This document shows positions 37,285 to 47,348 of a DNA stretch of 64,000 bases, in pieces (within the stretch, counting starts at the first letter, position 1; each line of letters opens with the position of its first letter). This DNA comes from an uncultured delta proteobacterium (GTDB lineage Bacteria; Desulfobacterota; Desulfobaccia; Desulfobaccales; 0-14-0-80-60-11), in the NCBI GenBank assembly GCA_963812015.1, contig CAWETI010000003.1, positions 2,048,001 to 2,112,000 of the forward strand, in the 5' to 3' direction. Below the pieces are notes generated by a model. It ran no database searches, was not told where the DNA came from, and was given only the letters and a program-made list of their open reading frames with translations. A program made the translations under genes and the position numbers.

Positions 37285-37833
37285 TTAGATCAATTCGGCA
37301 ATCGTGAACACCGCCTCCACGTCGACAACCTCTTGGGCTACCTTTTCTTTGCCCCCTTCCTGCCGGTCCACCAGGATGAGCACTTTGACCACCGCCAGGC
37401 CGAATTCCCGGGCCGCGGCCACGGCCCGCAAGACGGAGCCGCCGGTGGTGACGACATCCTCCACCACCACCACCCGGTCCCCGGGTTCCACATCCCCCAC
37501 CAGCACCCCCCCGGTGCCATGCTCCTTGGGCTTGTGGCGCACCGAAAAGGCATTGACGGGTTTGCCCTTCAGATAGCTGGTGAGCGAGATGGCGTGGGCG
37601 ATGGGGTCGGCCCCCATGGTGAGGCCGCCGATGGCATCCACCTTCAGGTCCCGGATCAGGTCGAAGCAGAGCTCCCCGATGAGGACTAGCCCCTGAGCGT
37701 TGTGGGTGGTAGGGCGGCAATCAATGTAGTACGGACTCTCCCGGCCCGATACCAGCTTGAAAGGCTTATCGGGGCTGTACCGAAAAGATTTTTCCCTGAG
37801 GAGTTCCAAGAGCTGCCGGCGCATTATCTCCAT
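37285..37833 (-). CDS. pyrE: Orotate phosphoribosyltransferase
   Basis: LVSGRESPYYIDCR, GGLTMGADP, KEHGT, VVEDVVTTGGS. Confidence 0.95.
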   Translation of the reverse strand: MEIMRRQLLELLREKSFRYSPDKPFKLVSGRESPYYIDCRPTTHNAQGLVLIGELCFDLIRDLKVDAIGGLTMGADPIAHAISLTSYLKGKPVNAFSVRHKPKEHGTGGVLVGDVEPGDRVVVVEDVVTTGGSVLRAVAAAREFGLAVVKVLILVDRQEGGKEKVAQEVVDVEAVFTIAELI

Positions 37834-37928
37834 GCTCAACCCTCTCCTGCTTGCCTGGGCCTTCGGCCCCTTGATGGTAACGTCCCCTTTGCATTATCGA
37901 GACCGCGGACCGGCTGGTCTCTTACAGG

Positions 37929-38447
37929 CTATTTCCGATCTTTGAGTTGTTTGAGAAATTCCCGCAGCGCCTCCTTGGTGGAAGAAAAGGCGATGCGGGG
38001 CCAGGGGATCTCATTGAGCCCAAAAACCCGGGCCTCCAGGGTCTCATCCGCCGCAGTAAGCTCTCCGGAGACATACTCCGCCACGTACGCCGCGATGATG
38101 GTGCGGTGGTCCGGGTAGGAATAGATATTCAGCAACCGCAGGGGACGGACGGTCAGGCAGGTCTCCTCCTGGGTCTCCCGGACCACCGCTTCCTCCACCA
38201 CTTCCCCCAGGTCCACGAACCCGCCGGGCACCACCCAGAGCCCGTAGCCCGGCTCGATGGCCCGGCGCACCATGACCACGCCATCATCCATGGGGATCAC
38301 CGCCACCACCGACAGCTTGGGGTCCAGGTAAAAGATGAAGCCGCAGACGGTGCACACCAGACGCCGGGGCTCCCGGGGCTTGATCTGCCGTTTCTCCAGC
38401 CGGCCGCCGCATTGGGGGCAAAATTTATACAGCGATAAATCAAGCAT
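37929..38447 (-). CDS. NUDIX hydrolase with N-terminal Zn ribbon
   Basis: FCPQCG...CTVCG; Nudix box GGFVDLGE...RETQEET. Confidence 0.92.
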   Translation of the reverse strand: MLDLSLYKFCPQCGGRLEKRQIKPREPRRLVCTVCGFIFYLDPKLSVVAVIPMDDGVVMVRRAIEPGYGLWVVPGGFVDLGEVVEEAVVRETQEETCLTVRPLRLLNIYSYPDHRTIIAAYVAEYVSGELTAADETLEARVFGLNEIPWPRIAFSSTKEALREFLKQLKDRK

Positions 38448-38490
38448 GACTGCGCTCAGTAAGCAAATTTTATGGGTTGCCGGGATGGTT

Positions 38491-38928
38491 TTATTGAAAC
38501 AATAAACCCGACACCTTGATCTGGCCCCCCTGGCGGGAGAGCACCAGCTTAATCAGGACATCATCAGCGCTCTTGGCAAATCTGCCTTTCCAAAGGACCA
38601 CCGTGGTCTTTCCCTTCTCAAGGTAGCCTAAATAGCTGCGGGATTCGTAGCCGCCGATACTCTTGAGCATATCACCCCTTACGTGGGAAAAATTGTTTGG
38701 CGAGGTCACTTTTTTCATCCTATCGTCGAAATATTGGCAATATACTTCGCACTCGCCTTCATTTAACCCTTTCAGCACCGTATCCAGGATATGGTCGGCC
38801 ACGGCCTGCACCTCACGGTTGTCCTGGCCGACCGAATCCGCCGCCGCCGGCCAGGCCGCGCCCAAGGTCAACACGCCAATCAGCAGCAAGCTGATAAATT
38901 GCATGATCATCCGCTCCTCAGGGGTCAC
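38491..38928 (-). CDS. Secreted DUF3887-like protein
   Basis: Signal peptide; FDDRMK...WKGRF...VSGLLF. Confidence 0.6.
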   Translation of the reverse strand: MTPEERMIMQFISLLLIGVLTLGAAWPAAADSVGQDNREVQAVADHILDTVLKGLNEGECEVYCQYFDDRMKKVTSPNNFSHVRGDMLKSIGGYESRSYLGYLEKGKTTVVLWKGRFAKSADDVLIKLVLSRQGGQIKVSGLLFQ

Positions 38929-39002
38929 CCGGCTGATTCCTGGGATTCAGGGCCGCCTCATCCCCCTACCCTCTTCGCATTCCGGTTTTTCCGGCCCGCC
39001 CC

Positions 39003-39932
39003 TCATTCCAGGACAAAGGGCGCCGGGGTAAAGGTGAGCACGAACACCACGATGGTGATAATTCCCAGCACCCGGCGGCGCCGGTCCAGGGGCACCCAGT
39101 AAAGATACGGCGGCGGGTGGCGCCAGCCCAGAAAGGCTATGAGCGCCGCCCAAAACAGCCAGCCTTTCCAGTACACCAGCCCGCAGACCACCAGGAGACC
39201 GAGCACCCCCAGAGAAATATAGCGGTGATATTCAGGAAACAGGGCATAGGCCACGTGCCCCCCGTCCAGTTGCCCCACCGGTATCAGGTTGAGGGCCGTG
39301 ACCAAAAGACCGATCCAGCCGGCAAAAGCCACCGGATGGAGGATGACATTCTGGTGGGGCGTCAGGGACCCCAGGACCAGCCAGCTCAGCAGCTTGAACA
39401 GCAGAGGTTCCCCCAGAACCAGTCCTTCCTCTCCCCCGCCCGTGACGATTACGCGGGACAATTTCAGTCCCACCAGGATCACCGGGATGGCAACCAGGAC
39501 GCCGGTTAAAGGTCCGGCGCAGCCCACGTCCAGCAGGGCCCGCTTGTCTCTTATGGGGGAGCGGATGCGGATGAAGGCCCCAAAGGTGCCGATAATAAAG
39601 GGGATGGGCGGGGCCGGGATGAAGTAAGGCAGGGTCACGTCCAGGTGGTGCCGCCGTGATACCAGGTAGTGGCCCATTTCGTGAGTGCCCAGGATCAACA
39701 GCAGGGTGAAGGAAAACGGGATGCCCTTATAGAGCAGCCCGGGGGTCGCAAGAGGATTAACTCCCTGCTGGATGGCCCCGGCGATGACGGTGGTAACCAC
39801 CGTGGCCAGGAGCAAGCCCAGGTGCAGGAGGAGGCGCGGCGGCTTGGGAGCCGGCCAGGGCGGCATGAACTCCGGCTCCCGCCAGGGCTCCGGTTCCATC
39901 TCCGGGCTCCACCCTCTCTCCGCCGGCGTCAC
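39003..39932 (-). CDS. Site-2 protease (M50)
   Basis: HEMGH; NLIPVGQLDGGH. Confidence 0.93.
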   Translation of the reverse strand: MTPAERGWSPEMEPEPWREPEFMPPWPAPKPPRLLLHLGLLLATVVTTVIAGAIQQGVNPLATPGLLYKGIPFSFTLLLILGTHEMGHYLVSRRHHLDVTLPYFIPAPPIPFIIGTFGAFIRIRSPIRDKRALLDVGCAGPLTGVLVAIPVILVGLKLSRVIVTGGGEEGLVLGEPLLFKLLSWLVLGSLTPHQNVILHPVAFAGWIGLLVTALNLIPVGQLDGGHVAYALFPEYHRYISLGVLGLLVVCGLVYWKGWLFWAALIAFLGWRHPPPYLYWVPLDRRRRVLGIITIVVFVLTFTPAPFVLE

Positions 39933-40654
39933 TTCAGATCCACCCCTGCCTTTAAGGCCGCCATCTCCCGCCCGGTGAGGTCCCGGAAGCTGCCCCGGGG
40001 CAGTCTCTCCAACCGCAGCGGGCCCACGGCGATACGCTTCAATTTCAACACCTCGTGGCCCACCTGACTCATCAGCCGTTTGATCAGATGATACCGCCCC
40101 TCATGCACGGTTACTTCCAAAACGGTTTTTTCCGGCTCCCGCTTGTTCACCTGCACTTCGGGGTAAACAGTCCGGCCCTCCAGTTCTATCCCGGCGGCCA
40201 GGCGCCGCAACGTCTCCCGGCTCACCTCCCCGGCCACGGTCACCCGATAGGTGCGAGGCACCTGATAACTGGGATGGGTCAGCCGGTAAGCCAATTCGCC
40301 GTCGTTGGTGAGGAGCAACAGGCCGGTGGCGTCGTAATCCAGGCGGCCGACGGGATAGAGCCGGCCCGCGCCCCGGCCCAACAAGTCCGTGACCACCCGC
40401 CGCCCCTGGGGGTCGCTGGTGGTGCAAACGTACCCGTAAGGCTTGTGAAGCATGACCGTCCGGAGCGCCGCGGTCACCTTGACCACACGCCCATCCACCT
40501 GGACTTCGTCCCGGTCGGGGTCGATCTTGACCCCCATAACCGTAACCACCTCACCGTTGACCGCCACCCGGCCGGCCTGGATATACTCCTCCGCCGCACG
40601 CCGGGAAACTACCCCGGCCCGGGATAAGAATTTTTGTAAGCGCTCGGTGGTCAT
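39929..40654 (-). CDS. rluB: rRNA pseudouridine synthase (RluB/RsuA family)
   Basis: S4 domain ERLQKFLS; PVGRLD; EGR. Confidence 0.88.
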   Translation of the reverse strand: MTTERLQKFLSRAGVVSRRAAEEYIQAGRVAVNGEVVTVMGVKIDPDRDEVQVDGRVVKVTAALRTVMLHKPYGYVCTTSDPQGRRVVTDLLGRGAGRLYPVGRLDYDATGLLLLTNDGELAYRLTHPSYQVPRTYRVTVAGEVSRETLRRLAAGIELEGRTVYPEVQVNKREPEKTVLEVTVHEGRYHLIKRLMSQVGHEVLKLKRIAVGPLRLERLPRGSFRDLTGREMAALKAGVDLK

Positions 40655-40745
40655 GACAATTGGGAAAAAAGGCGAAAAGGGGAAAAGGGGAAAAGGAAAA
40701 GATTCGTTGGTTCAATTTCTACAAAACCCTTTCCTCATTTTTCCC

Positions 40746-41090
40746 TTATTTTCCTCGGAGAAACTCGTAAATTTCATTAACAGAGGGCACCACAAACGCG
40801 TCAGCATTGTCAGGGTTTGTATCAGATGCTATTCCCCTTAGCGACGGAATTAATCGCATCTTGAACGGATGGATTTCTTTTTTCGCCAATTCAGGGTTCA
40901 CATCAATCAATTCCATGAGAACGGCCTCTGCATCCTCACGACGCATGAAGAAACGGACTGGCTTTCTACCGGGATATCGGTTGTCAGGAATGATGACATA
41001 TTTTCCACTGCGAACGTCTTTAAGAACCCACGCCTCCGCGTTCTCGTCAAGTTCGGAAAGTATTACGTCCAAAGATAGAGGTTGTGTCAT
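40746..41090 (-). CDS. Hypothetical protein, lower GC
   Basis: 114-aa ORF with SD aggagga, inserted between trpS and rluB. Confidence 0.7.
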   Translation of the reverse strand: MTQPLSLDVILSELDENAEAWVLKDVRSGKYVIIPDNRYPGRKPVRFFMRREDAEAVLMELIDVNPELAKKEIHPFKMRLIPSLRGIASDTNPDNADAFVVPSVNEIYEFLRGK

Positions 41091-41198
41091 TTCATATCCT
41101 CCTTACCCCGGCATTAAATTGGACCTTAGCCAATTTGATCACTGGCCACTGACCACAGGCCGCTGACTACTATCTCCCCCGGCCCTCCCCCCAATAGC

Positions 41199-42248
41199 CT
41201 AAGGAACCAACTGGAACTTTTGGTTAAATCCCACGGCGTCCCGGACTTCGGCCAGGGTCCGGCGGGCCTCTTCCCGGGCCCGGTTATTGCCCTGGTGCAT
41301 GATGTCCAGGACCTCGTCGGGGTGGGCTTCGTAATATCGCCGCCGTTCCTGGATGGGGGCCAGATTTTCCAGCAAAGCCTCGGCCAGCAGCTTTTTGCAA
41401 TCCACGCAGCCCAGTTTGGCGGCCCGGCATTCCGTAGTAATTTCCTCGATGCGCGCCTTGGGCAAATTGAGGCGATGGAAAGGAAAGGCCAGGCAGCGGT
41501 CCGGTTCGCCGGGGTCTTTCCGGAAGGGACGCTGGGTATCGGTGGTCATCTGGCGCACCTTTTGGGCCATCTCCGCCGGCGGGTCGCTCAGGTAGATACA
41601 GTTGCCGTAGCTCTTGCTCATCTTGCGGCCGTCGGTGCCCGTGAGTTTGGGAATCTCGGTGAGCAGGGCCTCCGGTTCCGGGAAAATGGGCCGGTACAGG
41701 TAGTTGAACCGCCGGGCGATCTCCCGGGTCATCTCCACGTGGGGCACCTGGTCCACCCCCACCGGCACCCCGGCGGCCTTGTACATCAGGATGTCAGCGG
41801 CCTGGAGCACCGGGTAGCCCAGAAAGCCGTAGGTGGCCAGGTCCTTGTGGGCCAACTGCTCCATCTGGTCCTTGTAGGTGGGGTTGCGCTCCAGCCAGGG
41901 CACCGGGGTAAACATGCCGAAGATCAGATAGAGTTCGGCATGCTCCCGAATGGCCGACTGCACAAAGATGGTGGACTTCTCCGGATCCAGGCCCACGCTC
42001 AGCCAATCCGTCACCATTTCCGGAATATAGCCGCTGATGAGCCCGGGGGTTTCGTATTCCGTGGTCAGGGCGTGCCAGTCGGCCACAAAGTAGAAGCACT
42101 GATAATCTTCCTGGAGGCGCATCCAGTTATACAGGGCCCCGTAATAGTTGCCCAGGTGCATCTTGCCGGTGGGGCGCATGCCGCTCAGGATGCGCTTCAG
42201 ATTTGGCTCTGTAGGGTTCTCAGGTCCACGTGAATCTTCAAATGCCAT
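41199..42248 (-). CDS. trpS: Tryptophan--tRNA ligase
   Basis: SGMRPTG, HLGN, YPVLQAADIL, VPVGVDQ, KMSKS. Confidence 0.97.
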   Translation of the reverse strand: MAFEDSRGPENPTEPNLKRILSGMRPTGKMHLGNYYGALYNWMRLQEDYQCFYFVADWHALTTEYETPGLISGYIPEMVTDWLSVGLDPEKSTIFVQSAIREHAELYLIFGMFTPVPWLERNPTYKDQMEQLAHKDLATYGFLGYPVLQAADILMYKAAGVPVGVDQVPHVEMTREIARRFNYLYRPIFPEPEALLTEIPKLTGTDGRKMSKSYGNCIYLSDPPAEMAQKVRQMTTDTQRPFRKDPGEPDRCLAFPFHRLNLPKARIEEITTECRAAKLGCVDCKKLLAEALLENLAPIQERRRYYEAHPDEVLDIMHQGNNRAREEARRTLAEVRDAVGFNQKFQLVP

Positions 42249-42614
42249 GCTTATTCCTAGATAATTTATTAAGGTCCTCAGGCTTCCGCCTGCGGCGACG
42301 CAGTCTCATCGTGAGGACTTACTGCCGCAACGAATAATGCCCATGAAAAATTTTTCAGGTAGGGTGGCCGTCCCTTGCCTGGCAGTGAACCGGCCCCGGT
42401 TGCATGGATACAAAATTACCTTAGGCAGGCCTCTTTTGCAAGTAGGTGGGCCAATATCCTCTTGAGGGGAGAGGATACCAGAATCTGATGCAAAACCCAG
42501 GTATTTCTGTCACCCTGGGCGCCGCACATGGCCTAGGTAATTGAAAAGACGAGATTCTGCGCGGCGCTCCGCCTGACAAATTCTTCGACCCAAAGGTGTT
42601 GTAATGGACGGTAA

Positions 42615-42890
42615 TCACTCATGGAGTGATGCCAAATAAGCGCTGAGTGAACTGATATCCTGGGAAGGCTCAAGTTCGTCTCCAGACCTGAGGTTAAGGA
42701 TTGCCACCCGGACGGGCTCATTCAGGGTGGTGGGAAAGCTGTCCCCGCTGGCGTCATGTACGGCGATATAGGCGCGCTTGCCTTGGTATTTTATCCATTT
42801 CGTATATGACGCTTTCCCGGCGCAACTTGCCGAGAGATTGAATCCATGGGTTTTCATCAATTCTTCGAGTTTCATCGGTTCATCTGACAT
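42615..42890 (-). CDS. Small hypothetical protein
   Basis: ORF downstream of the enoyl-CoA hydratase, co-oriented, SD gagg. Confidence 0.6.
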   Translation of the reverse strand: MSDEPMKLEELMKTHGFNLSASCAGKASYTKWIKYQGKRAYIAVHDASGDSFPTTLNEPVRVAILNLRSGDELEPSQDISSLSAYLASLHE

Positions 42891-42936
42891 GCTTTCAGAC
42901 CTCATCCCGGGTTATGCTTAACAATCTCCGAGGGGA

Positions 42937-43713
42937 TTAGCGCTCCCGCCACTCCGGTTTTCTCTTCTCCAGAAAGGCCTTTACCCCTTCCTCCGCATCT
43001 TGCGTGCTGCACAGAGCGGCAAACCGGTCGCTCAACATGTCCAGGGCCTGATTATAGGGAACGTTTTGCATCCCGTAGATGCCGGCTTTGCCGGCCTGCA
43101 AGGCCAACGGGCTTTTGGCGGCCAGTTTGGCGGCCAATTCCAGAGTAGCTTCCTCCAGTTTATCAGGTGGCACGACCCGGTTGACCAGTCCCAGCCTTTG
43201 GGCCTCGGCGGCCGAGATAATATCTCCTGTGAGCACCATTTCCAGGGCCTTTTTTAGGCCGACATTGCGGGCCAGGGGCGCCGCCGGTCCGAGGCAGATG
43301 AGGCCGACATTGATGGCCGTGGTCCCAAATTTGGCATCCTCCGCGGCCACCGTCAGGTCACAGGCAAATGACAGGCCGGCGCCATTGGCCAGGGCATAGC
43401 CCTTAACTGAGGCAATCACCGGCTTCTTCATCTTGGCAATGGTGTGATTGTGCTCATCCATCAGGCGAATAAATTCACGGTACTCCTTGTTGGTTTTACC
43501 CTTGAATTCGTCCAGGGAAATACCTGTGGAGAAATGTTTGCCATTGGCGTCGATCACCACTACCCGGACCTCGGGATCCTTATCCATTTCCCAGAGGGAA
43601 TCATTGAGCTCCCGGGCAAAAGGTACGTTGAAAGTGTTCATTGCTTGCGGGCGATTCAACGTAATGAAGCCGATTTGATCCCGTTTTTCCACCATGACGT
43701 TGGTGTAGCTCAT
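42937..43713 (-). CDS. Enoyl-CoA hydratase/isomerase family protein
   Basis: LNRPQAMN, KPVIASVKG, ACDL, AQRLGLVN, EGVKAFLEKR. Confidence 0.92.
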   Translation of the reverse strand: MSYTNVMVEKRDQIGFITLNRPQAMNTFNVPFARELNDSLWEMDKDPEVRVVVIDANGKHFSTGISLDEFKGKTNKEYREFIRLMDEHNHTIAKMKKPVIASVKGYALANGAGLSFACDLTVAAEDAKFGTTAINVGLICLGPAAPLARNVGLKKALEMVLTGDIISAAEAQRLGLVNRVVPPDKLEEATLELAAKLAAKSPLALQAGKAGIYGMQNVPYNQALDMLSDRFAALCSTQDAEEGVKAFLEKRKPEWRER

Positions 43714-43763
43714 AACCCACTCTCCTTATTCTTTATTCTTTAGTTGAGAAAAAATACTCTAGT

Positions 43764-44366
43764 TCAGCTTGGTTTTCTCAAGCTCGCGAGATAAAAGTGT
43801 AGTTGGGCCATGGTATGCTGCCAAACGGCGGGATCTTTGCTTGAAGCATACAGGGGAGCCGCCCCGTTCAGTGAGATCACCATGAAATTGGCAATTTCGT
43901 CAAGATTGACCCCGTCCCTTAAAATTCCTTTCTGCTCCGCTTCTTCCAGCCACATACGTAACAATACGGCAAAGCCCTTGAAGCCTCTCAGAACCTGCTT
44001 GCTCATGTCCGGCGCCTGTCCGGCAAGTTCCACGAGGGAATTGAGCAAAAAACAGCCGCCCTCAAAAACCCCCGCGCCCAGGTAATTTCTCAGGCTGTTT
44101 TCCATGACCCGTTCAATCCGCATAAGGGGGTCGGGGATATCTCGCACTCCCTCTAAAACGATGCTCTTCCATATCCTGACGCATTCTTCATAGACCGCGT
44201 ACCAGATTTCTTGTTTGTTGCGGAAGTGGCCATAAAGCCCCCCTTTGGTCAGGCCGGCGGCTTTAACGATGTCAGATACGGAGGTATGGAAGTATCCCTT
44301 GACAGAAAAGAGCTGCATTGATTTTTCAATGATTTTTTGACGGGTTAGGTTTCCTTTGGTTGCCAT
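43764..44366 (-). CDS. TetR/AcrR family regulator
   Basis: N-terminal HTH (GLTKGGLYGHFRNK); GGC motif. Confidence 0.93.
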   Translation of the reverse strand: MATKGNLTRQKIIEKSMQLFSVKGYFHTSVSDIVKAAGLTKGGLYGHFRNKQEIWYAVYEECVRIWKSIVLEGVRDIPDPLMRIERVMENSLRNYLGAGVFEGGCFLLNSLVELAGQAPDMSKQVLRGFKGFAVLLRMWLEEAEQKGILRDGVNLDEIANFMVISLNGAAPLYASSKDPAVWQHTMAQLHFYLASLRKPS

Positions 44367-44390
44367 CGGGAAGCCCCTATATTATATTAA

Positions 44391-44404
44391 ACCGACCATT
44401 CGGT
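44391..44404. promoter_or_regulatory. Putative TetR autoregulatory operator
   Basis: Palindrome ACCGA-ccat-TCGGT 25 bp upstream of the tetR start. Confidence 0.55.
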
Positions 44405-44463
44405 ATTTTATTACCCCAGGAAACTTTGCTTGTCAAGGGTGCGGTGAGCCAATCACTTCGGCT

Positions 44464-44988
44464 TTATTCGAGTCCTTCCACGTTCTCCTGAAACGGCTCC
44501 ACGCCCCAGCGGGCCAGGTCCTTGGGCGCCGCCATCTCCGCGGCCAGGCCGGCGCTCTCGATGATCAGGTTGCGGCAAAACAGGGCGTGATCCGTGCAAA
44601 GCCAGGTCTTGCGCCACTGGGAGGTCAACAGGCGGCATTGGGTGCTGCCGAAGCGCTGCTTGAATACGTTGGGCAACCGGTTGAACAGGCGGTAGAGGCC
44701 GGGGCTGCCGTACAGTTCCGCGGTGGCGGCCTTGGCATTGGTGGGCACCTCCCGGCGGCCATAGATCGCGCCCAGGGCCGCCATGGCCCCCACCAGGGAG
44801 CCGCAAGTATCGCCAAAGAGGCCGCCGCCGCCGCCAAAGCCGGTCATCAGGCACATGGTCTCATGGGGCAGGCCGGCGTCAATATGGGCCAGCACCGCCT
44901 CCAGTACGCATTCGGCGCAGTTCATGCCGGTCTTGAAGTTGCTCTTGGCCCGGGCTTTCACCTTGGCGATCACTTCTTCAGGGGTCAT
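44464..44988 (-). CDS. C-GCAxxG-C-C family putative redox protein
   Basis: NCAECV, GFGGG, TCGSLVG, QC, FC. Confidence 0.85.
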   Translation of the reverse strand: MTPEEVIAKVKARAKSNFKTGMNCAECVLEAVLAHIDAGLPHETMCLMTGFGGGGGLFGDTCGSLVGAMAALGAIYGRREVPTNAKAATAELYGSPGLYRLFNRLPNVFKQRFGSTQCRLLTSQWRKTWLCTDHALFCRNLIIESAGLAAEMAAPKDLARWGVEPFQENVEGLE

Positions 44989-45562
44989 CCGCATCTCCTT
45001 CATCCTGAAAACATTTAACAAAGCCGGTTAACTCCTCCAGCACCACCTTTGGGTCCCGGGTGGTATCCAGCCTGAGAAGCGGCCGGTCCTCCGGCATAAA
45101 CGGGTCGAAGTCCCGTATCTGATCCTCGAACAGCTCCACCCGGCCATCGGAGATGGCCTCGGGGTCAGTGAGCCGGATGCCCAGACGCTCGCGAGCCACG
45201 GCGGGCGGACACTCGCAGTAAACAAAAACGACCCGGGCCCCGCGCTCTTGAGCCAACTGCCGCACCCGGGCCCGCTCCGACGCCCGCTTATAGGACCCGT
45301 CCAGGATGACGTTCCGCCCCGCGGCCAGGTGTTCGGTGGCCTGGCGCAGCATCTCGTCGTAGGTGAGGGTGGAAAAATCCTCGCCATAGATGCCCTGACC
45401 AAAAGCCACGGGCACCCGGTCGGTGGGTTTGAGGCCCGCCAGCAGCTTGCGCACCGCGTCGCTGTGGATCACCGGCCATCCAAGGCTTGCGGCCAGGGCC
45501 CGGGAGCGGCTGCTTTTGCCGGTGCCCATGAGGCCGAAGACCACCACGATCAGGCGGCCCAT
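44978..45562 (-). CDS. AAA_33 family P-loop kinase
   Basis: GLMGTGKS, SDAVRK, ILDGSY, ISDG. Confidence 0.88.
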   Translation of the reverse strand: MGRLIVVVFGLMGTGKSSRSRALAASLGWPVIHSDAVRKLLAGLKPTDRVPVAFGQGIYGEDFSTLTYDEMLRQATEHLAAGRNVILDGSYKRASERARVRQLAQERGARVVFVYCECPPAVARERLGIRLTDPEAISDGRVELFEDQIRDFDPFMPEDRPLLRLDTTRDPKVVLEELTGFVKCFQDEGDADDP

Positions 45563-46563
45563 CGTGCCCCCGCTTCGGCATACTCACCCGCCAGGCCGAA
45601 ATAGGCTCGGGCCGTGGTCAAGGCCTGGGCCCGGGCTTCCGGGGTCTGAGCCGGGTCCTGGGCGGTGAAGGCGTGGATCTTGCCCCGGACGTAGGCCCGG
45701 TAGCATTTATAAAAATCCAGCATCTGGAGCAATTCGGGGTCCCGGGAGGCCTCGGCGAAGCGCGCCACAAAATAGCGCCCCAGGTCCCGGAAACCGTGAA
45801 AGTCCAGGTCCATGGCCAGAAAATCAATGTCTGCGGCCACGTCACCATAGCGGAAGCGAGGATTAAATTCGATGCAATCAAAAATATAGATATGATCGGC
45901 CAAACAGATATTCTTCATGTGCAGATCGCCGTGGCAATCCCGGATGCGGCCTTCCCGGATGCGCTTGGCAAACAGGGCCCGGTGCCGGGCGAGAAAAGAC
46001 CGGGCAAAGTCGCGAATTTCCTCAAAGGATTCCCGGGGAAACATCTGCCCCGCCAGGGCTTCGGTCCGGGAAAAGTTTTCTTCATGATTGTAGGCGATGA
46101 TGGCGGGCTCCCCGAACTTGTTGATCCGGGGGCCGGTGGCCGCCTGCTCATAGAACGGCACCAGCCGGGCAATGATGCGGTCCAGGTGCTCCCGGCGCAA
46201 CTCGCCCCGGTCCGCCACCTCATCCATCATGCGGTCCTGGGGCATGCGTAACATCTTCAAGGCATAGTCCAGAGGCTGTCCCTGGCCGCCTACCCGCACC
46301 CGGCCCTGGGGGGCCGTGATGGCCTGGACCTCCAGGTAAATCTCGGGGCAGAGGCGGCGGTTGAGACTCAGTTCCTCCTGGAGATAGTGGTGGCGGCGGC
46401 CCAGGGTGGTGAAGTTCAAAAACCCCAGGTCCACCGGTTTCTTGACTTTGTAGGCGAAGCCATCGGTGAGAAAGACCCAGGAGATGTGCGTCTGGATTAA
46501 GGCGACCTCCCGGGTGGGCTCCGGGTAAGCCGCGGGGTCCAGTAAGGCTGTCACGAGGTCCAT
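45550..46563 (-). CDS. Aminoglycoside phosphotransferase-like protein (COG2187 type)
   Basis: THISWVFL, KVKKPV, DCHGDLH, DCIEFN, YRAYVRGK. Confidence 0.88.
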   Translation of the reverse strand: MDLVTALLDPAAYPEPTREVALIQTHISWVFLTDGFAYKVKKPVDLGFLNFTTLGRRHHYLQEELSLNRRLCPEIYLEVQAITAPQGRVRVGGQGQPLDYALKMLRMPQDRMMDEVADRGELRREHLDRIIARLVPFYEQAATGPRINKFGEPAIIAYNHEENFSRTEALAGQMFPRESFEEIRDFARSFLARHRALFAKRIREGRIRDCHGDLHMKNICLADHIYIFDCIEFNPRFRYGDVAADIDFLAMDLDFHGFRDLGRYFVARFAEASRDPELLQMLDFYKCYRAYVRGKIHAFTAQDPAQTPEARAQALTTARAYFGLAGEYAEAGARWAA

Positions 46564-46672
46564 GATTTGAAATTAAGCATATTTATACAGCAGGCCAGGG
46601 GGGTCAAGACCGACCCAGATTATAGTCGAAAAGAGAGGGTAATAATTATGCGACCCTGTGCATCACCTAAAT

Positions 46673-47215
46673 TCATTGTTTCCTGCCCGAAGCCTTTTGA
46701 AGATATTGCATAAATTCTCGAGGAAATTGTAACCCTAAACTTTGGGCCTTATGAACATCTTCCCAGGCTTTGTCATATTCTCCCTTCCCGACATAGGCTG
46801 TTGCCCGACCTCCATAGGCTGCCACATGATTGGGGTTTATCTTTATGGCAGTAGTATAATCAGATATAGCCTGGTCTGGCATATCCTTCAAGCCATAGAC
46901 AGTTGCACGCCCCGTATAGGCCTTAAAACTCTTTGGGTCAAGCTTGATAGCCTGTTCAAAATCTGAGATTGCTAAGTCTAATTTTTCTGGTGGCTTAGAA
47001 TAGGCACTTCCCCGACCTATGTAGGCTTCAACAAGATTTGGATTTAAATGGATTGCTTGTGAAAATGCTTTTATAGCTTGGTTATATTGTCCTCTTATAT
47101 AGGAATTCTTGCCGTCATTAAAATAGTCATCGGCAGTTTTCTCCGCCGAGATTTGTGTTCCAATACTAATTAATGCAAGAATAGACAAAACGAAAAATGA
47201 AATTAACCATCTCAT
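46673..47215 (-). CDS. Secreted TPR protein, AT-rich
   Basis: Signal peptide; about 4 TPR repeats. Confidence 0.85.
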   Translation of the reverse strand: MRWLISFFVLSILALISIGTQISAEKTADDYFNDGKNSYIRGQYNQAIKAFSQAIHLNPNLVEAYIGRGSAYSKPPEKLDLAISDFEQAIKLDPKSFKAYTGRATVYGLKDMPDQAISDYTTAIKINPNHVAAYGGRATAYVGKGEYDKAWEDVHKAQSLGLQFPREFMQYLQKASGRKQ

Positions 47216-47348
47216 TTTCTTCTCCTCGGTGATAATTAAATTAACAACCCTCTTAAATATTATTAATTAATTTACTTACAAAAAATAGATTTGCAATATA
47301 AATTAATTAAGATAGGCAAGAGTTATTCAAATTACTATTATAATTCAT

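Noticed and set aside
42249..42614. T-box riboswitch upstream of trpS
   Set aside because: No T-box antiterminator consensus on the minus strand; nearby palindromes look like REP remnants
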